A stretch of 43,740 nt of DNA, from positions 1-43,740 of the IMG/VR virus record IMGVR_UViG_3300020045_005328. One strand, 5' to 3'. The notes beneath the pieces were generated by a model. The model had not been told where the DNA came from, did not search any database, and saw only the letters and a list, made by a program, of their open reading frames with translations. The stretch is from a virus. Taxonomy: Duplodnaviria; Caudoviricetes. Within the stretch, counting starts at the first letter, position 1, and the number at the start of each line of letters is the position of its first letter. This document shows positions 21,101 through 30,534 of the stretch, in pieces. The translations under genes and the position numbers were made by a program.

Positions 21101-24100
21101 AGGCGTTGGACTACATCAAACAGCAATACCAGAACACGGAGAAGTTTCGTCAAGTGTTGCGGAGCCGACAGCAGGGAACTGACAACGCAACATTGGATCG
21201 GGAGTTGTTTGCCGACTTTACCGGCGACCTGTTCACAGACCCGCAATTTCTTGAGGAAATGGCGAAGCGCGAGCCGAACCTGTTCAAGCGGCTGGCTCGC
21301 ATCATCAAGACGTGGCTGGACAAGTTGCTGGCGAAGATCAAGACCGTGCCGGGTTACGAGAGCGCGCAGTATTTCAAAGATGTGACATCGGCGCGGGACG
21401 TTGTGGCGGACATGCTGATCCGGTTTGCGCGTGAACAACAATTCGAGGCCAAAGGTGTGCCGGGACGGGAAGCGGCAGAGGCAGACCAGTTTTCCAAACC
21501 AACCACCGACCCCGGCTTCTCCTTTGACGCGCCAGAGAGTGTTTCTGAGCAGAAGACACGTCAAGCCGTCGAGAAGCGCAAGGCGGACGAAGCCAGGGCG
21601 AAGCAGTCCATGCAGGAACGTGCGGGCGCAAAGCTCACCGGCGCAGACGTGGACACGACCAAGGAGATGTTCGGCGCGGAGGTCAAACAGGACAAGGCTG
21701 GGCAAGGCAGTTTGTTTTCAAAGCCATCACTCGGAGCAAATGGAGTGCTGGATGACCCCAGTCAGTCATCCGGTCAAGAGTGGTGGTTAAATCCGTCTGG
21801 AAAATACCACAGCGCACCACGAGGGCACGACGCTAAAGCAAACCAGCTTTTGAACCGAGATGCAGACGGCATAAAGCCAGGACAGAATAGCAGCATGGCC
21901 CTAATGGATAAGGGTTATTTCCGCGTGGTGCGGGATTGGGTTGGGAAAACAGTTCACGCCGAAGGGTTGAAGCTTAATCAATCCCAAGTTGCCGCACTTG
22001 AACGGCTGGGAATTGCCAGAGATTACAAAGTCGTTGCTTATGATAGGACTGGCAGTTATCCGCGTAAGATTTACTCACCACCGGAAGAAGCCTTGTTCAG
22101 CAAGCCCGAACGCGGCCCGCTGTGGCGGTCGAACATTCAGGACGCACTCGCAACCTGGCAGAACAAGGGCACGGCGGAACAGTTGCGGGCGCACCTGGCC
22201 AAGACCAAGGGCGCGATGGATGAAGCGGAATGGATTGGGCTGGATGAGTTCTTGAAGGACAAGCCGAGCGTGACCAAGCAACAGGTGGCGGAGTTTGTCA
22301 AAGCCAACACGGTGGACGTGCAGGAAGTGACGAAGGGCGCGCCAGCGCGCACAGAGGAAAACACCATGAAAACCCTGAACGAAAGGGCGCAACTTGAGTT
22401 TGATGAGGATTATGACAGCCTCGAAGGGGATCAGCAGCAAGAGATTCAAGATTTGGTTGAAAATGACGGCGGCGTTACAGAAACCAAATTCTCGCAATAC
22501 CAACTGCCCGGCGGGGAGAATTACCGCGAGTTGTTGCTGACGTTGCCGGAAACTCAGGCGCAAGCATTGGACTACTTGCCGACGGGCTACCGAGTCGAGG
22601 AACGGCCAGAAACTTACCGGCGTCCGGGCGCGCTGTGGCAGGTGGTGAACGAGGATGGTGGGGCAATCTCAATCGGCCAGACCAAGGACGAAGCCTTTCT
22701 GAAGGCGATGTCTCTCATCAATAAAGACCGCAAGACTTCCGCGCAAGATACCCGGTTCAAATCCACCCACTTTGACGAGCCGAACATTCTGGCGCATGTG
22801 CGGTTCAATGAACGCACGGACGCGGACGGCAAGCGGGTGTTGTTCATCGAGGAGGTACAGAGCGATTGGCACCAAAAAGGAAGGAAAGAGGGGTATGCGG
22901 ACAAACCGTTTTATCGGGTCATGTCTGGCACAGGAACAACCGTATTAAAACAAGGCGGAGAGGGTCAGGCAGTGTTTTCCACGAAAGCTGAGGCGGAAGC
23001 CTACGCCGAAAAAGGCAGAACAGTGGGCTGGCATGTGAAAGAAATTTCTGCCCCAGGCGTCCCCAACGCACCCTTCAAAACCACTTGGCCCATGTTGGCA
23101 ATGCGGAGAATGATCAGGTATGCCGTGGACAATGGGTTTGACAGATTGGCGTGGACGACGGGTGAACAGCAAAATGAGCGGTATGACCTGAGCAAGCAGG
23201 TGGACAGCATTGATTACGGAACACCTGACGGACAGGACTACACGCTTGCCATCTACAAAAGCGGGATCGAGATCGGTGAATCTATGGGCGTGCCAGACAC
23301 CATTCCAGCAAAGGATTTGGAGAAGTACGTTGGCAAAGATGTTGCCAGACGCATCACAGAGGGCGTCAAGACCGGCACGCTCAAAGGTGATGATCTTAAG
23401 GTGGGTGGCAAGCCGATGCGGAAGTTTTACGATGAAATGCTACCCAGCGAGGTCAACAAGTTCGTAAAGAAATGGGGCGGCAGAGTGGGGCAGACAAAGA
23501 TACCAGCAGGGGACAAGCGCACGTTTAGAGGCACGGGAGAATTAGCGGCTGTGCGGGGAAGAATCGAGGAAATCAGAACGGCGTGGGAATCCCCAACCCG
23601 AACGGCGGCAGATTGGCAACGATGGAACACAAGCCTGGACGCTCAAGCAACAGACGTAACAGACGCCATGCAGCAGGGATTGCCTTACGATGAGGCGATG
23701 CGCCGTCATGGTTCGCCAAGTCTTGCGGCGTTACTGGGTGGAGATTTTGGAAAAGCACCTCACACCGAACAAGTCCATTCCCTCGACATCACGCCCGCCA
23801 TGCAGGAAGCGGCCATGCAGGGGATGCCGTTGTTTTCCAAGCCGGAACAGTCTAAAGAGTTCGCACAGTTGCAATCGGACATTGCCACGGCTCAAACGGA
23901 GTTGATGGATGCCATCCGGCAGCACATGAATCCACCGGAAGGGATGCGGAAGGCGGAAGCGTTGGAAGCCAAGGACGCAGCATCGTCCAAGTTGCGCGGA
24001 TTACTCGCCAAACAGTTGAAGCTGATGACCAGTGCCACCGTGGACGCAGCGCGGAGTCCTGAACAGACGGCGGAGATGATCAGCCAGACCGTTGACCTGC

Positions 24101-27100
24101 TGAACAGCATCCAAGACGACATCAGCGAGCGCAACGCCAAGAGTCAGGAAGTGCCAGCGGATTTGACCAAGTTGCGGCAGGACTTGCAAACGCGGTTGAA
24201 CCTGTTGAAAGGGTGGAGTGATGACCAGACGGATTTGGAAGCGCGCGGTGTGAAGCCGGAGCGGGTGAATCCAGAGGCGCGGACACGCTTCCGGGAGTTG
24301 GAGAGTGCCACAGACGCCGACAGCAAGACCGTGGGCGAGTTCTGGCAGAAGATCAAGACCGCATTGCGGTATCTCACGAGCCCGATCCCGGAGTTGCCGT
24401 TGACGGGCGAGCGCGCGGAGAAGTCCGCTTTGTTCCGGCGCGGCTACCGTCTGTTTGCGGTGGAAAACAACGCGGTGCGGAAGGCGGCGGCGGAGAAGAT
24501 CAACGCCGTGGTCGAGCCATTGACCAAGCTGGGGCGCAAACCGGCGGACAATGCCAAGTTGCAACAGTATTATCGGTTGGGCACGGCATTGCAGCGCGCC
24601 AAGATGGATCCGGCCAAGACGAAGCTGATCGAGGCGAAGATGGCCGAACTGGAAACGGAGTTGAACAAAGACCCGTTCAACCTGTTCCGTCGGCTCGTGC
24701 TGTATCGGGATTTGTGGTGGCGCGGCACGTTCCTCAAAAACGAGCAGGGCGAACCGATCACGTTGCCGATGGGATTGACCGTGGACGACGTGGCTGGCGA
24801 ACTGCGGAAGCTGACCAAGGCCATCACCGAACACCCGGACGGCTTGGCGATCACGGAAGCGTTGCGCCGACACTACGCGCTGACTGAGGAATTGCAAAAG
24901 AGCATCCTCGCCCACGGCGAGATCATCCCGGAAAGCCTGCGCAACCCGCTGTATTTCCCGCATCACGTCATTGATTCATGGAGCGGGAACATCGCGCGGG
25001 TGCGACCCAGCACGGAGGAAGATTTCCGGAAGTATCTGATCACACCGACTGGCAGCGGCAAACTGATCCAGACGGACTACCTGAAAGCCATGTATCTGCA
25101 CACGGCGGATGTGTTGGCGCATAATTCCCGTGTGGAGTTGGTGGATAAGTATTGGAAGCCGTACGACATCAGCGAGGAATTGAAGAAGCAGCACGGCGCG
25201 GATTGGAACAAGCCTTGGAACGTACCGCCGGGCTACAAGTTGTTCACTCCATTCAAGAAACTACCGTTGCGGATGGATTACATTCTGAGCCGGGAAGTCT
25301 TGGCGGAGAAATTGGGCGTGCTGTTCAACGATGGCGACCTGCGCACGCAGATGGCGGGCAAGGTGTTGAACGTGAAACCGGAGGACCTGCACGCGGCGAT
25401 GGTGGCCGGTGAAAAGATTCAATGGGCGTTGCCGGAAGAAATCGCGGACGCGCTGAATGGCATCGCCAAGCGCGAATCAGCGGCCACGAATCCGGGGCTC
25501 GGCCATGCCATCGGACTACCTTTCCGCATTATGAACAACTTTTGGAAGAAAACCAAGCTGTTCGCCCCGTGGAACTGGATCCGTTACGAATACGGCAACC
25601 TTTCAACGGATGCCGTGGATAAGGTGTTGGCGGCGGATCCGGTCACGGCCAAGTATCTCAGTCGCGCGGCGCGCGAGTTGTGGAACGCGGATACCGATGA
25701 GCAATCGCCAGAGTTCAAGGCGGCGGCGCGGGAAGGCGTGTTCGACACGATCACAGCGGGCGAGGCGGGCGAATTGACCAAGCTACCGCAGTTCAAAGCG
25801 TTCCTCACGCCGGGCGAGTTGCGCATGGAGAACATCCGGCACGCTCTCAGCACGCCGATGCGGGGCAGCAAGTTCCGGGAGGGTGTGTTCCGCTACGCGA
25901 AGTTTCTGGCTGACGTCGAGCGATTGCGCGCGGGCAAGCAACCGGTGTATGCCGGTGCGTTTCATGGCGACATCGAGGCGTTGGGCGAGGATGTGGACGG
26001 ACAACGCAAATTGTTGGAAGGGGACGAATTGATTTATGCGAAAGCGGCGGAAATCAGCCTCAAAACATACGGGGATTACAACAGCTTGGGTGTGGCCGGG
26101 CAATGGCTGCGGACGTATGCCGTGCCGTTCTGGTCGTGGCAGGACGTGAATTTCAGGTATCACGCCAACCAACTGCGGAACATCGCGGACGGCATCAGGG
26201 GCGTGAAAGGGGCGACGTCGAGGCACGCGGCATTGCGCTACGCTGGCGTGCGCGTGGTGACAACATTGATCGCCGTGGGCATCGCCAAGGAGCTTTGGAA
26301 TCAGTTCGGCGGCGTGGCGTTGGGTCTATGGGACGATGACGACGACCTGGAAGCGAGCTTGAGCGAGGCGGACCGGCGGCGCGGACATATCCTGATCGGC
26401 AAAGACGCCAAGGGTCAGGCGATGGTGGTCTATACCCCAAGCGCATTGAGCGACGTCGCGGAGTGGACAGGCGGGCAGAACATGAAGCGGCTTTTCATGG
26501 AATACGCGCGCGGCCAGATCACGCTGAATCAATTCATCAGCGACTACGCCAAGCAGTTGCCGAAGGATGTAGTCAACAAATTGGCGCAGAGCGTCGGGCC
26601 GTTGGGCAAAGCACCCTACGAACTGGCGAGCAATAAGGCGACATTCCCGGACATCTTGGATCAACGCACGATCCCGGACAGTGATCGCTGGTGGCGGCTC
26701 GTGGGCACGCTCACCGATGACAGGGCGGTTAATGTGCTGCGGAGCGCGTTCGACCAGGACTATTACAGCCAGCCCGCTGCGGAGCAGTTGCAACAGATCA
26801 TCTTGCAGGTGCGCCGGCGCGATCCTGAGCAATGGGCGTACTTCGAGGCGCGTGAAGATGCTTCCGACTGGAAGGAAGCCAAGACGGGCAAGCGTTTCGA
26901 GTTTGGCAGCTACAACGCACCCGAAGCGCAGGCGTTGCGGAACTTCCGCAAATCCATCTATCGCGGCGACGTGGCGAACGCAGAGCGGTTTTACGCGAGC
27001 CTGCTGGACTACGGCTACACGGCGGAACGATTGGACGCCAGCATCCGCAACCAACACCCGTTGTCAGACTTGAACGTCGCGGAGCGCGCGGAATACACCA

Positions 27101-27270
27101 AGGCATTGACCGACCGGCAAAAGCGGGAATTGGAACTGGCGACGAAGTATTACAGCCGGATCAAGGCGATGGATACACGGGAGCGAGACTTGTTCAAGAG
27201 CAAGAAATACCCGGATCAGAAGCCTAATCCGGCGCTGCTCAAGCGGATTGTGGAGGAACAGCGGCGGTGA
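18190..27270 (+). CDS. Giant (3026 aa) polyvalent / internal virion protein with a zincin-like HExxH domain
   Basis: Gly/Ala-rich TM-like N-terminus; GHELSHYIE...ELFAD metallopeptidase-like motif; YQLPGGENYRELLL...LAHVRF...VLFIEEVQSDWHQ module; helical C-terminal region with PFWSW; last gene of the virion operon. Confidence 0.75.
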   Translation: MSNPYLEDAPTVAESNPYLEDAVDSGQGRLASAGNAFMQGGGVAVGQTSQGLARLMDILAPGALMQEGMTDEAMRMLSRTGKQREADIAKNPLYSGGGALAEGAKEAYPTNPKFKGEFWTDTIPSSAGAMVPTIAAAGVGGVLAGGLQYGTSAGQSEAQAAIDAGREDEADKAFLINLGIGATSEALLGVGANIFRLVRAARTAKVGEQTAKAIIGKAIAKGSTREALQEGFEQVGQNAAAGMTYDPERGIWVGVPTAMAAGALLGGAGGGGASVVGVGEQALNERAAERDFASQSESVANRKALEATIPSGAAVVTPESDANVDTMRGIERTFNASRSNPYMADEPLSQSQAPSSPDVQPGLTEQPSGTVSATSPVPGASLVNLVEVNKANFEKWRGRQIPFLVDSDGKVFVSPGSVAHWDIADEAPDKQWSGAGFIKGGRLEMSSDYFPQSKDGETHIESFNKTVADKQSQVRAELEALPGAEQDLAQPKTAVASELESMLKATEAKRTVSPLTSEQTDAGLLDDSRPDEATPTLGDLRAMIAEIKGNQLAPKASEPTVPVAEKAVPPTNPGGSQSALPAAQQAISKANNSIQAFAKANGVEYVEGDTQKTIFEKIKAQSSAPQGTGTAAGQINPPVVGDASPSPVSPKWTPTAGKLAVVNLTSRGAGRLARVLQVQPDGDATVQIKGEAGTRYVKLSQMRPTGAEQSRMNRADEMTGLDPADVESVKRDAAEFDQLVEDYAPQLEWAPGEAYSDTAQGTELRADAIERGELRKAARVNAARAAGVESFQESSLVDRAEALPKLEAYLRQQFPGDNSIDQRRVLEDFSRSEAEPTTTPEQQSADAKALRWVIAQHPGWRELQGLTVHKQGRAAGTRATVGGQPTQQATRGRVVGAAEQKAIRELDRINGTRTILVDSPDLAGWIPFNGVRIANSNIILIHARTAHPLAVVYGHELSHYIEATHPGLYREALDYIKQQYQNTEKFRQVLRSRQQGTDNATLDRELFADFTGDLFTDPQFLEEMAKREPNLFKRLARIIKTWLDKLLAKIKTVPGYESAQYFKDVTSARDVVADMLIRFAREQQFEAKGVPGREAAEADQFSKPTTDPGFSFDAPESVSEQKTRQAVEKRKADEARAKQSMQERAGAKLTGADVDTTKEMFGAEVKQDKAGQGSLFSKPSLGANGVLDDPSQSSGQEWWLNPSGKYHSAPRGHDAKANQLLNRDADGIKPGQNSSMALMDKGYFRVVRDWVGKTVHAEGLKLNQSQVAALERLGIARDYKVVAYDRTGSYPRKIYSPPEEALFSKPERGPLWRSNIQDALATWQNKGTAEQLRAHLAKTKGAMDEAEWIGLDEFLKDKPSVTKQQVAEFVKANTVDVQEVTKGAPARTEENTMKTLNERAQLEFDEDYDSLEGDQQQEIQDLVENDGGVTETKFSQYQLPGGENYRELLLTLPETQAQALDYLPTGYRVEERPETYRRPGALWQVVNEDGGAISIGQTKDEAFLKAMSLINKDRKTSAQDTRFKSTHFDEPNILAHVRFNERTDADGKRVLFIEEVQSDWHQKGRKEGYADKPFYRVMSGTGTTVLKQGGEGQAVFSTKAEAEAYAEKGRTVGWHVKEISAPGVPNAPFKTTWPMLAMRRMIRYAVDNGFDRLAWTTGEQQNERYDLSKQVDSIDYGTPDGQDYTLAIYKSGIEIGESMGVPDTIPAKDLEKYVGKDVARRITEGVKTGTLKGDDLKVGGKPMRKFYDEMLPSEVNKFVKKWGGRVGQTKIPAGDKRTFRGTGELAAVRGRIEEIRTAWESPTRTAADWQRWNTSLDAQATDVTDAMQQGLPYDEAMRRHGSPSLAALLGGDFGKAPHTEQVHSLDITPAMQEAAMQGMPLFSKPEQSKEFAQLQSDIATAQTELMDAIRQHMNPPEGMRKAEALEAKDAASSKLRGLLAKQLKLMTSATVDAARSPEQTAEMISQTVDLLNSIQDDISERNAKSQEVPADLTKLRQDLQTRLNLLKGWSDDQTDLEARGVKPERVNPEARTRFRELESATDADSKTVGEFWQKIKTALRYLTSPIPELPLTGERAEKSALFRRGYRLFAVENNAVRKAAAEKINAVVEPLTKLGRKPADNAKLQQYYRLGTALQRAKMDPAKTKLIEAKMAELETELNKDPFNLFRRLVLYRDLWWRGTFLKNEQGEPITLPMGLTVDDVAGELRKLTKAITEHPDGLAITEALRRHYALTEELQKSILAHGEIIPESLRNPLYFPHHVIDSWSGNIARVRPSTEEDFRKYLITPTGSGKLIQTDYLKAMYLHTADVLAHNSRVELVDKYWKPYDISEELKKQHGADWNKPWNVPPGYKLFTPFKKLPLRMDYILSREVLAEKLGVLFNDGDLRTQMAGKVLNVKPEDLHAAMVAGEKIQWALPEEIADALNGIAKRESAATNPGLGHAIGLPFRIMNNFWKKTKLFAPWNWIRYEYGNLSTDAVDKVLAADPVTAKYLSRAARELWNADTDEQSPEFKAAAREGVFDTITAGEAGELTKLPQFKAFLTPGELRMENIRHALSTPMRGSKFREGVFRYAKFLADVERLRAGKQPVYAGAFHGDIEALGEDVDGQRKLLEGDELIYAKAAEISLKTYGDYNSLGVAGQWLRTYAVPFWSWQDVNFRYHANQLRNIADGIRGVKGATSRHAALRYAGVRVVTTLIAVGIAKELWNQFGGVALGLWDDDDDLEASLSEADRRRGHILIGKDAKGQAMVVYTPSALSDVAEWTGGQNMKRLFMEYARGQITLNQFISDYAKQLPKDVVNKLAQSVGPLGKAPYELASNKATFPDILDQRTIPDSDRWWRLVGTLTDDRAVNVLRSAFDQDYYSQPAAEQLQQIILQVRRRDPEQWAYFEAREDASDWKEAKTGKRFEFGSYNAPEAQALRNFRKSIYRGDVANAERFYASLLDYGYTAERLDASIRNQHPLSDLNVAERAEYTKALTDRQKRELELATKYYSRIKAMDTRERDLFKSKKYPDQKPNPALLKRIVEEQRR

Positions 27271-27802
27271 GGCGCTCACGAACGGCGCGGATGTGTTTCC
27301 AGTTTCTCCGTGCGATTATCGCCTGAATTGAGGAATGGCTCACTCCGTAAGTCCGAGCCAGTTCAGACTGGTTAGCTTCCCCGTTTGCATACTTAATGCG
27401 TATTTGCGTGACAGCTTCCGGCGTTAGCTTTGCTGTGTTCACCAATGATCCGCGAGGACAATTCCTCCCATTAAGACGACCTTTTGCGCTTGCATCTTCC
27501 ATGTTTTGCTTCCTCGTCCCTTTAAACAGGTGCGCCGGGTTGCAGCATTTTCGGTTGTCACATTTATGGCAAACATCAAGTGCTAAACCTACCAAACCAA
27601 AGTGCAATTCGTATGCAAGTCGGTGTGCGGAAATCGGCGCAGTTGGCTTAATCCAAAATGTTCCGTATCCGCTTGAGCTGCATCCCGCCACCCACACCCA
27701 ACACGCGCCAATCTCCGGGCAATGCGTCGGCACTGTCCCATTCGTGTCCACCTTAGACCAGAATCGCGCGATGGTCTTTTCGTTGTAAGGTTGTAGCGTC
27801 AT
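27239..27802 (-). CDS. HNH homing endonuclease with C-terminal HTH
   Basis: RFWSKV, CWVW, AHRLAY, VCHKCDNRKCCNPAHLFKGTRKQNMED, AKLT...ELARTYGVS. Confidence 0.9.
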   Translation of the reverse strand: MTLQPYNEKTIARFWSKVDTNGTVPTHCPEIGACWVWVAGCSSSGYGTFWIKPTAPISAHRLAYELHFGLVGLALDVCHKCDNRKCCNPAHLFKGTRKQNMEDASAKGRLNGRNCPRGSLVNTAKLTPEAVTQIRIKYANGEANQSELARTYGVSHSSIQAIIARRNWKHIRAVRERLTAAVPPQSA

Positions 27803-28020
27803 TGCATTGTCTGTGTTTTTAGTGAACCAGCATTAAGCTTTTCCAAAACCGCTCTGACGTGGCGGCATGTCCAACTGGCGCAAGTTCTGTTGTGATGGAT
27901 CGCACAGGCGCAGCGAGGAAGCCCCGCGCCGGGTTGCAAGTCCACCAGCCAAGGCAATTCGCTGCTGGGCGAACTGACCCAAAAGCGCGTCGGCTCGTGG
28001 TCCACGGGGGTGATGGTCAT
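27799..28020 (-). CDS. SWIM-like zinc-finger protein
   Basis: C-x-C...C-x-H pattern (CACAIHHNRTCASWTCRHVRAV). Confidence 0.55.
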   Translation of the reverse strand: MTITPVDHEPTRFWVSSPSSELPWLVDLQPGAGLPRCACAIHHNRTCASWTCRHVRAVLEKLNAGSLKTQTMQ

Positions 28021-28370
28021 ATCGCTTCAATTCTCACGATCACGCCTTCGCGTCCAAAGGTGTGCATTTGCTGATACTGCCAGGTGATGCAGGGATCCCC
28101 GTCGTCGAGGCCGAGCGTTTCCGCGATGGCGTCTTGAATGGCTTTGAAGCTCGCAGCGTTGTTGTCAGGGTCAAGAGGGCGTCGGCGTAGGGCAACGAGG
28201 CTGACAACCACGCGGCGCGGGCGTCCTGTTTGTGCCGGATGCGTTCGCGCAACTTCCCGCTCGTGGTGCGGTTCGGGCTGGGCGGGCGATACGGGACGAA
28301 GATCAGCAGCGAGAGCGGCGCGGAGTTTGGCTTGGGTGCGTTCATTGAAGTCGGAAAGTTTGAAGCTCAC
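28017..28370 (-). CDS. RusA-like Holliday junction resolvase
   Basis: RRRPLDPDNNAASFKAIQDAIAETLGLDDGD matches the RusA D-x-DN...K...D...DD catalytic pattern. Confidence 0.7.
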   Translation of the reverse strand: MSFKLSDFNERTQAKLRAALAADLRPVSPAQPEPHHEREVARTHPAQTGRPRRVVVSLVALRRRPLDPDNNAASFKAIQDAIAETLGLDDGDPCITWQYQQMHTFGREGVIVRIEAI

Positions 28371-28612
28371 ACAACCCCAGCTTTCACCATGTCATCGGCG
28401 GCATCTTCCATGAGCGCGTGATCTAGTGCGGCGATGGCTTCCGCTGGCGTCTTGCCGGTTGCGCCCACTTTGAAGCTCTCGCCATTAACTTGAACATCCT
28501 CGAAGTTTAGGATGGCGAAGAATCCACCGACTCTGGCGTCTTGCGCGACGATGAATTTGCGGGATTGGCCGAACGAGAGCGCGGATTCAATCCACGTGGG
28601 TAGTGTTGTCAT
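28367..28612 (-). CDS. Hypothetical protein
   Basis: 81 aa; ATGA-coupled to the RusA-like gene. Confidence 0.55.
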   Translation of the reverse strand: MTTLPTWIESALSFGQSRKFIVAQDARVGGFFAILNFEDVQVNGESFKVGATGKTPAEAIAALDHALMEDAADDMVKAGVV

Positions 28613-29150
28613 AGTGTTTGTTCGTGGTGTCAGAAGTCAGTTTTGCAGAGAATTTAGCCTCCCAATTTTTCCAGTGAGGCAAATGTCCTGTGGCAACAAG
28701 AGTTAACGCTTTAGCGGCGCGCAAAGCGTAGGGATGCGGCGACGAAAGTCTATTATCTGGCGGAAACAAAGATTGATGATCACGGCACCATTTTCGCAAG
28801 TTCCTGACACGATGCGTCTCCCCTGATGGTGTTCTAAGTATGTAATGCTTTCCGAATCCGCACGCCCTACTGCAAGTTTTTGTTCTGCCATTGTCAAAAT
28901 CAGCGAATGGATTGCCGCAAACCGGACAGTTGCGAATTTTAGGCCTCCTGCTCAAGGCTTTAGAACATGGCTTTAGAAGTCTGACTTGGTTGCCACCAAT
29001 TTGATGCTCGTGTTTCATGTGCCAGCGCATCTCAGTTCTTGCTTTGGTATCTTTGCTGTCTGAAACGCGCCAGTGGCAGATAGGGCATTTGAATAGTTCA
29101 ACTGCTTTGATTTTATAGATGGTCGGCTTGCTGTTCATGCGAAACCACAA
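28587..29150 (-). CDS. Zinc-finger DNA-binding protein (homing-endonuclease-associated type)
   Basis: C2H2-like CPIC...HMKHEH, CPVCGNPF...TCSRAC and TPSGETHRVRNLRKWCRDH motifs; start may be 29138. Confidence 0.55.
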   Translation of the reverse strand: MWFRMNSKPTIYKIKAVELFKCPICHWRVSDSKDTKARTEMRWHMKHEHQIGGNQVRLLKPCSKALSRRPKIRNCPVCGNPFADFDNGRTKTCSRACGFGKHYILRTPSGETHRVRNLRKWCRDHQSLFPPDNRLSSPHPYALRAAKALTLVATGHLPHWKNWEAKFSAKLTSDTTNKHYDNTTHVD

Positions 29151-29222
29151 TAAACACAGGGCAAACTAAGTCAATAAAATTACGAAATCTTTGTTGACGC
29201 AGGAAAAGCGACGTGTCATAGT
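29147..29222. promoter_or_regulatory. Divergent sigma70-like promoter pair
   Basis: Plus strand: TTGACG(29194)-N17-CATAGT(29217). Minus strand: TTGACT(29174)-N16-TATTGT. AT-rich gap where gene orientation switches. Confidence 0.6.
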
Positions 29223-29233
29223 CTTGGTGCAAC

Positions 29234-29431
29234 ATGAAACTGAGTGAACAAATCAAGAGACTCCCAGCCGGTAAAATCATCCAGGTCAAACCCTCTCAAA
29301 TGCGGACGGTCTATTATCACGCGCACAACTTCCGGGACATCACCAGCCGGGTCAACCTCAAGACCGGCGCGCGATATGTTTTGCTGGGGGAGTTTTTCCG
29401 GGCGACGGAGGCTGCCAGCAATGAACGATAA
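29234..29431 (+). CDS. Small basic protein, first gene of the rightward operon
   Basis: 65 aa; ATG 11 nt after the predicted -10. Confidence 0.55.
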   Translation: MKLSEQIKRLPAGKIIQVKPSQMRTVYYHAHNFRDITSRVNLKTGARYVLLGEFFRATEAASNER

Positions 29432-29454
29432 TCCTTGTTGTGCATACAAAATTA

Positions 29455-29657
29455 TGATGACCACACTGCAACTGACCCGACACGCGATGAACCAACCATC
29501 TTTCTACATCAACTACGCGGCCACTGCCAAAATCTGGCGGGAGACGGCGCAACGAGCGCATGAGGAAGGGGACTTTGAGGCCATGCGGATGTCGCATCTG
29601 CGCGCTTTGGAGAATGAGATATTGGCCCGGGCACAGGAGGCAAAATGCGCCGCCTGA
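29455..29657 (+). CDS. Hypothetical protein
   Basis: 3' part of the 29244..29657 ORF; start uncertain. Confidence 0.4.
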
Positions 29658-29756
29658 TCCGATCCTTGGTGCGCTGGGTTCACTGCGAGCCGCCTGCGGT
29701 GAATGTACGGCGGCACAGCCTGATCCGGTGGCTGGTGTTTCACGGTGGAATTGAGT

Positions 29757-29958
29757 GAGGAACGAAAAAGCTGAGACATGAGCGCCAACAGCACAAACTG
29801 CAACCAATGTGGAAAGTATCTCGAACACCCAATGACGTGCCCCGAATGTCATGCGCCAAGCGAATAGTCTCCAGCGCAACCTTGCGCGTCCAAATTTATG
29901 ATGACAATTGAAACTGCCCGGCGCTCGCCACGTCGCCTGCATCGAATGGTTAGGCCAC
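29757..29958 (-). other. Degenerate distal attC remnants
   Basis: AAC-N6-GCTGAGAC (29761..29777) pairs with GTCTCCAGC-N5-CTT (29867..29883), where GTT appears mutated. An orphan arm CCTGCATC-GAATG-GTTAGGCCAC ends at 29958. Confidence 0.45.
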
Positions 29959-30182
29959 GTCGGATCATCGTGACCTTCATTGACCCGTTCGATGACGAGC
30001 CTGTGGCGGAGAACAACTACCATTACGACGCCAGACTATCTGCCGATGTATTTTACTCGCGGCATGTCCGAAAAGTGCAACAAGCACTCAAAAAAATCCA
30101 AAGCCACATCCTGCAAGGCCGCACTCCGCGAATCGAAGTGTGCCTAGTGGCCTACGACCCAAGCTCAGCGACGGCGCGATGA
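29898..30182 (+). CDS. Cassette ORF, hypothetical
   Basis: Reads through GTTAGGCC (29949); its TGA overlaps the next ATG at 30179. Confidence 0.55.
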   Translation: MMTIETARRSPRRLHRMVRPRRIIVTFIDPFDDEPVAENNYHYDARLSADVFYSRHVRKVQQALKKIQSHILQGRTPRIEVCLVAYDPSSATAR

Positions 30183-30262
30183 ACCACAACGCTACAATTT
30201 TACGGCCAACGTCCGCGCTGCCCAGCGAACCGCGGGTTCGCAGCAGCGCGATGGTTAGATGC
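30147..30262 (-). other. attC6 (left arm ambiguous)
   Basis: Right arm GGGTTCGCAGCAGC-GCGATG-GTTAGATGC (R box 30254..30262). Left arm is either GGCCAAC at 30204 (57-bp hairpin) or the degenerate GTGGCCTAC...GCTCAGCGAC at 30147. Confidence 0.65.
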
Positions 30263-30406
30263 GACGGGTGGAGCGCAGAATTGGGGTGCGACAAAGAATG
30301 CGAGCCGCAAGAATGGGCAGGCCGATACGGAGGAAAGAACCTCTGCAAACAATGCGGGCAACGAAGCGATGATGATGCTCGTGCGTGGAGATGGCTCACA
30401 AGTTGA
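30179..30406 (+). CDS. Cassette ORF, small Cys-rich (zinc-binding) protein
   Basis: CDG...GC...LCKQCG; ATG at 30179 overlaps the upstream stop. Confidence 0.5.
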   Translation: MNHNATILRPTSALPSEPRVRSSAMVRCDGWSAELGCDKECEPQEWAGRYGGKNLCKQCGQRSDDDARAWRWLTS

Positions 30407-30412
30407 GAAAGC

Positions 30413-30534
30413 ATCTAACGACTGACTTGAGGCAAGACGCCGGAAACGAGCATGGAACGCAAAATGGATACTCAAATTGAAATCAACGATGGAGCGCAAA
30501 ACGGGGCGTCTTTGCCTCCAAGGAATGGTTCGGC
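30413..30534 (-). other. attC5 (122 bp)
   Basis: ATCTAAC-GACTGA-CTTGAGGCAAGACGCC ... GGCGTCtTTGCCTCcAAG-GAATG-GTTCGGC; two extra bases on the right arm. Confidence 0.85.
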
